DNA of 64,000 bases from NCBI RefSeq assembly GCF_009914755.1, contig NC_060928.1, one strand, 5' to 3'. The position numbers and the translations under genes are program-made. Below the pieces are notes generated by a model. That model saw only the letters and a list, made by a program, of their open reading frames with translations. It was not told the origin of the DNA and made no database searches. The DNA comes from the human T2T-CHM13v2.0 reference genome, Homo sapiens. This document shows, piece after piece, positions 45,432 to 56,838 of the stretch. Each line of letters begins with the position of its first letter. Within the stretch, counting starts at the first letter, position 1.

Positions 45432-48400
45432 GTAAGTTCAGTAGAGAATTTAGAAAGTCTTAGACTCTTGTTAGAAATGACCTGACACTTCATCAAACAT
45501 AGGATACCCAGAGAAATAATCTTAAAGCACTGGATGATCTCTAATTGGCCTCTGAAGTCTTGACAATAGAAATGCAGTAATGCTTCACATTTTCATCATT
45601 ATTGCATAGTCCACTGAGAGCCTTAACTCTGAATAAAATGTCTGACTTGAATTATAAGCACCCCACAATAAAAAAGAGCTAAAAATTTAAAAGTAAGAAA
45701 AAGAATAAGGTAATGCACAACATAATAAATAGCAACAAACAATGTGATTAGGCCTGTTCCTTGAGTCTACTACAAAATTCTCATATTTCTAAAAATGTAA
45801 TAGTTGTCCAACATTTCTTTACCAAATATAACACAAAGCCACATGTTCCAATGTATCCTACTTTTGGAATCAAAATCAAACCCTTATTTGAGATGGCTTG
45901 TGTCAACTTTTCTTCCCCCAAGAAGGGATAGAAAACTAGGGTGATTCAGCTAATTGAGTGATCAATTTATTGTGGTCACTGTAGACAATGAAACCAGATA
46001 ATGTGAATTAAAATTACCTTTCTTCTCAAAAAGAGTGTTTATATCAATTAGATAAGTATGTGAACCAAAAAGTTTTCTCTGTTCTCTCCTGTTATGTGTA
46101 GTTAATGAATGAGAAGAATAAACAGGAATCACCTGACTGGAAAAAACATCAGTTTAGAGGGATGATAAGGGATATTTGGACACTGAAATTATCTCATACA
46201 GAAGAAAAATTTCTGAAATGCAGATATAGCCTGTCATTTACACTGACAGACTTGTTCTCTAAATTCTCCTTTGGAAAGTGCAGAATCAGGAATTGTCAAC
46301 TTCTGAACCAATAGTCTTTGTTTATGCTATAAACTAAGCATCAATAGAAAGAAATCTCTGCTTGCAAGTTACCAAAACAATGATAAAACTTCCTCAGGAA
46401 TGAACTGTCTGAGCAGTTCTTATCTTGTCATTCTACCAGGAAGTGGGGAAAAGCAGCCCAGAAAATAGATGTTACACTTTTATTCCAAAGCAAACAATAG
46501 GGTTCTTTATTTGTTTATGTCACTGTTTAACGTGGTCTTGTCTCCACACTCAAAATGCAGAATGAGATCAATTTTCGTATAATTTAAGTGATGATAAAAA
46601 TAAAACCCAGAAAGCGTTTGAATTAGGAAATTATATTTTGCCCAACATTTTTTATACTAGTTTAAAATCATCTTTAGAACTATGGTGTAATATATATAGT
46701 TCAGAAAACTAAATAAATTGTTTATTATTCTGGATTCAAACTAACCCAGAATTTTTACTTTTTTAAAGATGTTTTACATAGTTTTCTCAACTACCAGCCA
46801 TAATCTAAAGAAAGGAAATGATTATTTTCCTTTGATATTTGTCTAAAAATAATTATGATTTCTTTTTTTTTCCCTGTAGTCCCAGAGAAACTTGGTCTCT
46901 GACAAATATTGCTATTAAAACACATACCTTTTGAAAATGGCAGTGTCAAAAATCATCGTATTATATGTGTATTATTATATTGTTATTGTCATTTTAGTTA
47001 CTTTTTGTTTTACAATTCTTGCATTGTTTTTCACAGAAACTTCCTCTTAGATACCCAGAACGCCTTCAGGTAAATATTCTATTCTGCATTCCAAGAACTC
47101 ACTCTAATTGTGAAGCACAAACTCCAAATGTGCGCTTCCCTTCTCTATGAAACAGCCTGCTTCACTTTTGCTGACGCATCATTTCTTTAGTTCAAGCACT
47201 GTCAGATGGTATTTGCTCTCACAAAACTTAGAGGACGGCACACTGACTTAGATAAACATTTATGTTAATAAAAATCTTATTTTTATTCCAGAGAAATAGT
47301 TAATTAAACAGAATGTGTTAACATGTTTATTTTAATGTATTCTTGCTTTTTTCAATGTTACACATATTCAAGCATGTGATTTACAGTTTGGTCTCATTTG
47401 ATATGTTGAATCTTGAATTAGTTACCTCTACCACAACTTTCTATGAGCACAACTAATCCTACATTCTGTCCTGCAATTGGAATAATACCATTTAAAAATT
47501 ATTATTTTTTACAGAATCCATCAGAGAGCAGTGAGGTAAGCTCTGTTTATGGGGAGTCAGGATTCTCTCTTCCTTTTGCTCTCTTTCAGTTAGCTGTCAT
47601 GCATGTTGAATGTCTTCTTCTTTACAATTTTTATTTCCCTTCAAATGCATCCAACAACTCAAGTACCTGGATTGCTCTCTAAATTCTGTTTTGATGAAAT
47701 TCCTATTTGACTTCTTAGCCATTTTGGTAAGCATAGACTTATTAAATTTACTGGCCTGGTGAAGAAGGAACTAATTAAGGTGTAGGTGTTCTTTAGATTG
47801 TAAAATTAGATCATAAAACTAAAACTAATTATTTGTTCTTCTAGCTAAGAAATCTGTTGGTTTACCGAATTAAATGGAGCATTTGTGTTCAAATGAGAAT
47901 AATGTGGTTTTTTGGTGTTTTTATTATTTTTATAATTCACAATTTAATTTCAATAAGAAATTATCAAAGAAGGAAAGTTTCTCAGGCTTCTTCTGGTAAG
48001 TGTTATCCACTTATTCTTAAAAGAAGAAACATACTTTTATGGGAAAAATTATTTAATTTTTGTTTATAAAAATGTTTTTTTCACTGGGTGCTGTGGCTCA
48101 CACCTGTAATCCCAACACTTTGGGAGGCTGAGGCAGGAGGATTGCTTGAGCCCAGGAATTCGAGATGAGCCTAAGCAACATAACCAAACCCCGTCTCTAC
48201 AAAAAAAATTTTGAAAAAAAAAAAAATAGTCGGATGTGGTGGCATGCACTTGTGGTTCCAGCTACTTGGGAAGCTGAGGTGTGAGGGTCACTTGAGCATG
48301 GGCGGTTAAAGCTGCAATGAGTCGTGATAGCACAAGGGCAACAGAGCAAGAAATTGCCTTAAAACAAAGTGGTTTTTTGTTGTTGTTGTTGTTTAACCTA

Positions 48401-51400
48401 AGTTAATCAACCCTTCCCTTCATTCAGTCATCCAAACACCCAGAAAGAATATAAAAACAAGATATGTATATGTTAAAGAGCTGCTTTATATTTTAATTTG
48501 TACCTAAACGTTTGCCTCTCCAAAACACTCTGCTCTCCTTTCCGTGACGTATGTAGAGGTTTACAATTTCCTCACTCCTTATAATAGAATGCTCTTAACT
48601 ATAAATAATACATATGTGTCACATTCTCTATAATTTTTGACTTAATTGTTGAATAGAAGAACATAACGTTTTAATTCAAGGACATTATCTAAATGATTTG
48701 ATAGATAACTCAACTATGAATGAATTTTAACATAACTTTTTTTTTTGTAGCCTATACCATTAGAATCAAGAGAGGTAAGAATGACTCCACAGAATTTACC
48801 GTGCAATTAACAAAGAGAAGTAAGTGTTAAGATCAGGAGACTCAGAACAGTGCCTAAAACAAAGTGAAAGTCAAGGATAACAAATTTGAGTGGAACAAAC
48901 TTAAAAATATTGTTAAATGCACATTTACATACTAGCCTTACACAAAGAAGGAGTAGGGAAACACCACTTAAAGGTTAGAAATGATACAATAAGGAATATT
49001 AGTTCATTTGTGAAAAATAAATTTATTTCTAAATTTGTATCAGCACTAATGAATTCTGCTGAGAATTCTGAAGACTACTGATTTGATTGACTTAATTGTG
49101 TAGTGAGAAAGACCACTTAAGGTTAGAAATGATATAATAAGGAATATTAGTTCATTCAGGAAAAATGGATTTATTTTTAAATTTGTATCAGCACGATGTG
49201 AAGTACAGTTTCTCATAGATTTCCACTCATGTATGTCTTGTTTCACTAATATTGTTTATGTTTTCTTTTTTATCCCTAAGGAATACATGAATGGTATGAA
49301 CAGGGTAAGAAACATCAATGAAATTTAAATTATGTTAAAAGTTTGTTTTCATGAAAACATATTTTACAAGGTACACTTTATTGATTTTAGCAGAGAAACA
49401 TTCTGAGAGAAAAACAGACTGATGAAATCAAGGTACCAAAGTTTTTCTTGAAAGAGTATGGCAAAAGTATATATTCTTGTAGTAGAAAAAAAGTTTTCCT
49501 TTAGGAAAAAAAAGCATTTTTCTATGGTTTTGTCCTTTCCTTGAACTTTTCACTCATACATTTGTAGTGACTAATGGAGTCTGCTGAGAATTCTGAAGAA
49601 AATGATTTCATTGACTTAATTGTGCAACTGTGATGAAACAAGGCATTAGTGTGAATGAATGAAATAACAAATAAACAAATAAATGCAATTATGTATTCAC
49701 ATTTATCACCAAAATTAAAGGAATGCTTTATCAAGGGTATTATATGAAGTAATACAATATCTGGCTCAAGAATATTTACATAGTCATACTCAATTATTTT
49801 CTTTAACCATAACATCTTTGATTTGGATTGTCTACTAGTTTTCTAGTAGAATTGGTATTGAGAGAGCAGGTGCTCAAACTTTATGAGATAAAATATATAT
49901 CTTCTTAACAATCTGTCATACCTAACTGATTGACTGTCTTGGCAGGATACTAGGAATGAGTCTACTCAGGTGAGACCCTTTGTTTTAAAATTATTAAACC
50001 AATATGAGGAAAAGAAACAATACATATTTCCCCAAATAAATTATTATTTTAAATAAAAACTATGGCAGATAACTCTAATTCAAAGAAAGAAAAGAAATAG
50101 TGTATCATACATTGGCCAGAATAACCAAACCAACACAAATATTTTAAATTTAAATTCTATGGATAATGTCACTGATCTCTGTATTGCTGTAGTCGTGAAA
50201 ACTGAGCAAAACATACTAGATGGAGCAAGTTCTTTTGCTTAGGTATTTACACACCATTAAATCAGTGCTCTCCTTTAGTCCAGTTGTATTTACTGCATGA
50301 GCTTCAGTGCAGTGTCCTGCTCAGAGTCCAGAAGCCAAGTTTTAAAAGAGGGAAAGCAAAAAGTCATGCTGGATAAAGGAAAATGTAAACTTGTTTTCAC
50401 TGATTTGCTACAATATAGAAGAATCCGAAACGTTTTATTTAAACTTCAAAATGCAGATTCATTTGGCTCAGAGATAAAGTAGGCAGATTTTTTAGTTTTT
50501 CTTATTACTTTTATATTGTCTCAGTTTTCTATTTTCTTTGACATCCATTTTATTTGGTAATCATTACTTTTGTATTTGACTATTTGTCATGAAAAATGAA
50601 ATTGATTATTTTTTCTTTCTTAAGAACTGTGTTGTGGCAGAGCCTGAGGTAAGACCCATTCATTCTAGTGAACTCTACACTTACGTATCAAACATAGTAT
50701 ATGCAGCATGCTTCATTTTAAAAAGACTGTCTTCTGAAATTAAGCAAAATAAGAAACTGAATTTTAAAATGTTAACATTTTAATTTTAAATTAATCCTAT
50801 TCTAATTTTAACTTATTGAACTTCTCAAACAGGAATATTATACTCAAGAATGTACAATGTTGTGCTAGATAAAGTTGAAATTGGAAGACGGAATTTAAGC
50901 CATTTAAATAATAATTAGTAAAAAAATGCTTATTCATTAAAATATAAAATAAAAACAAAAGGTGCATGGATGTTTAAAATGAGAGTCCCACAGAACACTG
51001 ACTCTGACATCCCAGGGCATGAGATTACTTTTTTATTTTAGATACAGGTGCATGTATGTATGTAAGATTTTTACATGAGTATGTTAGACACAGGTAGTGA
51101 GCATACTACCCAACAGGTATAGGTTGGTGCAAAAGTTATTGTGCTTTTTACCATTAAAAATAATGGCAATACTATTAGGTTGGTGCAAAAGTAATTGCAG
51201 TTTTTACAGCGTAATGGCAAAAACCTCAATTACTTTTGCACCAACTTAATAGTTTGTCAACCCACGCCCCTCTCCCTCTCCTTGGGCGAAAGAATCTATG
51301 GCAGCAATTACCTAGGATCAGTGAGCTATACTACCTACTCTACAATTATATTTTTTTAAATGCTGACTTATTACATATGGTTAATCAACCATCCCCAGAG

Positions 51401-52935
51401 ATAAAGTCTGTTGAATATTAAAATTAATCTGTTAAAATATGTATGTATTTGGAAAGTAAAATTATATGTATATATAAATATAAACATAAATGACTTTGAA
51501 GAAAAAGTAAATATTTCAAAGTAAATATTTTAAAATCTAATGTAATTTTAATTTCATCTTAAGATTGTGCATTGTATTTAATGTTTCCATTTTATTCACA
51601 TCAAAGAAGCCCCAAGGACAGATGAGAACAGATGTTTAACCCAGGGTTCTGGGTACCCAGCTAAATATGGTTCTTTCTTAGAGGTTTCATTTTTGTCACA
51701 AAAATCTATGCAAATTTTGCATTCTACTCAATGATAAACTTGTGTTTGTTTTCCTAAATTAAAAACAATTGTTTTTAAGTTTTTATGTTCCCAGATAAGT
51801 TATTAAACCTACCACCATAATTTTTCAAGTAAAATTCACACTCCAAGAAAATACAATGTAGTACGCCTGAATTTTTCCATACCACTTATTCAGTTATAAT
51901 GTTACCATGGTAAGCATTTCACCATGATGACATGGAACTAGTTTCCTTCAAATTCTAAAAATCCCAGGGGATAATTAACACTAGATTTCTTTCTTTTAGA
52001 AGATGGAATCCAGCATCAGTTCATCGAGTGAGGTAAATAATTTTGATATTAATTCTGTGTCCCAACTAATTTAAAAAATTATGAAAACTTGTACCGTGAG
52101 GATTACATATCCCTTAAGGTCTCATTGTACAAGGCAGTGTATATGTGGCACTATTCTAGTTTTAGTATGTGAGTAGCTATCCAAAAGAAGTAAGAAAGCA
52201 ATTGTTTGTCAGAGACAAATTGACAAAATTATTTCTGGGCAAACAATCTTATCTGGCCATCTGTGATGTCCAAATTATTTTTTTAACCAATTACTTTGTC
52301 CTTCGCAGATTTTGTTAAAACTCAATCTTATCATTAAAAATTCTAACAATTACCATGCTTATAAACCCATGAAGTAAACATTTCATAAACCATTTAGAAT
52401 TTAACCAATTCTAGATTAATCAGACACTGGACTCCTCCAGCTACTCTCCACTCTTTGCCCTGTGTTAATCTTGAGAAAAAAAGTCAGCCTACAAAAAAAG
52501 TGGTGCGGTTTTTCCTTTGACTTTGGAAGAAGACCTTCATGCAAGTTACCAAAATAAAACCAACTCACTTAAGTGGGGTTTCTGTTAATTGAATAAAAAT
52601 CATTACTTCACATCCACCCCCAGCATTCGGAGCAATGTAGTGGTTAAAGCAGTGAGAAAAGGAAAAGCAATGTGATTATAATATGTGGTTCAAATTATTA
52701 ATCTTGTCTCAGTTTTTTGGGAATTTATCACTAAAATCAATTCACTGCAATTATTTAGTAATAGTTTTGTTGATTCATATTTTAACTTTAAATGTAAATT
52801 AATGTCGTGAAATTAAAACTATGCATGTTTTAATTTTTTTAAAGGAAATGTCTCTCAGTAAGTGTGCGGTAAGACATATTTGCTAAATTTAAAATATATT
52901 AATATTTTCCAGGATAATTAAAATGCACTTACTTT

Positions 52936-52974
<39 letters not shown>

Positions 52975-55900
52975 GAAAACATGCTATACCAATGCCATCT
53001 GGAAAGGTGGCATTAAAGTTTTATCAAAGGCAAATAAATATACCAAGGAATGAGTGAGAATGTTGTATTAATAAATTATTTATCCTTTTCAATATCTGCT
53101 AGACTTTATTGTAACTAGTCTGATGGGATCTAGATGTTTTCTTATTCCCCCTCTAAAAATAAAGCTAGCGACTTTTTTTATCCCAGTTATCTAATTCACA
53201 GTTTTAGTTGAATATTTGTAATTTATAGTCTCCTTTTGAATCTACATAACATAGTATTTAAGTGGCAGTCTATAGATCTGGTTACACTTGAGTTCAACTC
53301 ATAGCTCTACCTTTTACACGTATGTGATGTTGAACCGTTCACTTTCCCAGTATAAGTCTATAACTTAATCCTAAAATGGCAATAATAATAAATATTAGAT
53401 GATGTAAAGCAATTAATGTAATCCATGACACAGAGCAAACTGTCAATAAATGTTGGATAGCATTTGAAAAATTATTTTTCCCTGTCCATTTAATATTCTA
53501 ATATAATTTGGCCAAAGTTAAATCTTCACAGTCAGAAAACAAAAAAACAGTTTTAACTTTCTTAATAATTCTGATATATTGTAACTAAAATTGGCTGTAC
53601 TAATTTATATCAGACAGAATTATAATTTAAATTCAAGAAGTTGCTTTTTAAAATGTTTTTAAAAGGGAATAATGGAAGAGATCCAAATTATTTGGGGTAG
53701 AAATGGCACTCAGGTGTAATAGTTCCTCATTCTCTACCCTTGGGAAAGAGCATTGTTAGATTCTTGTTTCATCATATGAAAATGATGGGGTTGGACTGAA
53801 TGACATCCAAGCAATTGAGAATATTTTTCTTTTTAAATAGGAACAGTTTTGTAGACTGAACGAATACAACCAACTTCAGCTGGTAATATTTTATTCATTA
53901 TAATACAAAATCATATTCTACTATAGAATTAAAACATATTAAATTTTAAATTGGGGCCATTTCTAAATATATTTTTATTTTTCTTAAGAAATTATTTATT
54001 CTAGCCTTGACCAATAATTGGCAAGTTATTTGTATGATTGCCGGCATATTTGCGGGCAATGCTCATTCTCTTTATTCCTGGACTAAAGTTCTATATATTA
54101 TCCATACTTACTAACCAGGGAGAAAGTGACTACATTCTACTGCAAATCCACTTTTAACCTCCCTGATGATACATTATGTCCTGGTTGAGAATTTCACAAA
54201 TATGCTTACCTGTGAAATCACAGATATGTCAAATAAACTTTCCATTTAAGGAAACAGGATAGATTCTGGGAAAGGAAACAGGAATGCTAAACATCAGATT
54301 TGCTTCTGTCAAAACTCACATAATCTGCTTAACACTGGTTTTGACCCTTTTGAGTAACATAAAAGTCTTTCTTTTGGGAGGACAATAAAAACCTTTCAGT
54401 AACTACAAACAAATTTGACGTAATGAAGGCTTTGGGAAATGCTTGGTTTTAGTTCAGCAAAATTGCATGCTAGCATTTTTAATCGTTATCAATAGAGGAA
54501 GATGAAAATCAGTAATGAATTTAATATGGACCCTAATTGTTACTCTAGTTTCCATTTTCAGGTAACTTGTGTTTAAAATAGTATCCAAATAAATTTAAAC
54601 ACATTAGTACCCCAATAGAATTCATCATTATTGATCTAGAAAATTACCTGAATAATATATTTTAGTACCATAGATATGATATGGCTAGTCTGTAACCTCC
54701 ACAACTGTTAGAACCTACTTGTCCTCCTGAGAGATTTTGTAGTATTTTACAGTGGTATCTCCAGTATTTAACATTGTCCCTGAACAAATGAAGGTACCCA
54801 GCAAATGTTTCTTATTAATGAGTAAATAAAATGAAAATACTAAAACAGAATGTTTTCTCCTCCCTAGCAAGCTGCCCATGCCCAGGTGAGATTATTTATT
54901 AAATCTAAAATATTTTAGTATTTCCTTCATGTGTTATGTTTTTATAATGCATGATTCTCTTTTAACATAAATATATTCTGAGAGAGTGTTCTACCAACAC
55001 TATCTGATAATATTTTACTTAAAAGTCACAAAAGACAAAATTTAAATAATTAATAAATAGCCATAAATAGAAAAATATGTAGTCCTAGAGAAATGGTAGG
55101 TTATTATTTTTCCTCAGAGTATGAACCTTACTAATTGTTTATTTTTCCAAACTATAGTGAGCTTAGCCTTTAGCTAAAATTTTTTTCTGACATTAGAAAA
55201 TAAAAAGTGTTTTGACATTTTTTGCTAACTGTGGCATAGAATACAGTCTATTCTAAATTTCATGAATGATGTTATGTATACTTCTGGTGCAATGTAAGAT
55301 AAATGTGTTGTACCAGAAGATGTCTAAGTAATTTAGAATGTGTTTCCTTTTATGCAGGAGCAAATTCGCAGAATGAATGAAAACAGCCATGTCCAAGTGG
55401 TAATATTTTGCTTAATATATTACAAAACGATAATATTTTGTTAAGCTTAAATATGTTTGCTCTTAAATAGCCCCCTACTCTTGAAGAGATTTTTTTCTTC
55501 TCAAACATTTCTCACTCCCAACTTAAATCTCAGTTCTGACAACTTCTAAGCATATGACCTTGAGCACATTGTGTATTCTCTTGGACCTTTGGTTTCTCAT
55601 TTGTGGAGAAAAACAATATGTGTCTATCAATTTATTTCCTCCTCCAAAACTCCCATGTCTTGATGTTTACAGTGACATATTGTGTCTTCACATTTAAAGA
55701 TAATAACTGTATGTTTAATTCAGTGTCTCTTGTCCATTAATGATTCAATTTATGTACAACATGCTAATTAAAAAAAAAAAAACCATGTAAAGAAAGCCAT
55801 GGAACATCCTCCGCAACTAGAGAAAGAAACTTTTAGTTCCTCACAGTACATCAAATTTTACCCTCAGTTTTTTTTTTCTGAAATTCTGTAATCACTGTCA

Positions 55901-55985
55901 CTGGCTAAAGTAAAAAGAAAATAAAGGCAAGTATTCTCTTCATTTGGGCCCCAAAGAATTACTTGGTCTTAATTTTCCATGTGAA

Positions 55986-56017
<32 letters not shown>

Positions 56018-56802
56018 GACAGATTCTCACACTGTTGCTGAGCTGGAGTGCAGTGGCACAATCTCAGGTCCCTGCAACCTCTGCCTCCCGGGTTCTAGTG
56101 ATGCTCATACCTTAGCATCCCAAAGTAGGTGGGATTACCGGCAAGCATCACGATGCCCAGCTAATTTTTGTATTTTTAGTAGAGACAGGTTTTCACCATG
56201 TTGGCCAGGTTGGTCTCAAACTCCTGACCTCAAGTGATCCACTCGCCTTGGCCTCCCAAAGTGCTGGGATTACAGGCATGACCTATTACTTCAATGTAAT
56301 TATTTTTAAAAAAAGTGTGACAACTATATATGCATTTTTCATATTAATGAGGGTTTGGAGTAGCAATAATTTGCCCTATCCTCATGTTCAGTTGGATGTA
56401 AATTACTAAACTAGTGCCTTAGTTTGTTTTGTGCTGCTATAGCGGAATACCACAGACTAAGTAATTTATAATGAACAGAAATTTATTTGGTTAACAGTTG
56501 TGGAGGCTGTAAGTCCAAGATTGAGAGGCCAACATCTGTCAAGCTAGGGCCTTCTTGTTTCATCATCCCATGGTGGAAGAGCAAAAAAGAATACACAAGA
56601 GAGGGTCAAACTCAGTCAAAACAAACTCACCCTTGCAACAGTAAGCCCACTCCTATGATAATAGCATTAATTAATTTGTGAGAGCAGAGCCCTTGTGAAC
56701 TAATCAGTTCTTCAAAGTCCCACTTCTCATCACTGTTGTATTGCATGTTAAGTTTCCAACATATGATCTTTGGGAAACACATTCAAATCATAGACACTTA
56801 TT

Positions 56803-56838
<36 letters not shown>

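Noticed and set aside
46860-46900. Strong-looking acceptor (T-tract, ccctgtag) in intron 2 with a possible 15-nt exon SQRNL
   Set aside because: Donor gtctct is poor and I recall no orthologous peptide; unsupported without RNA data.
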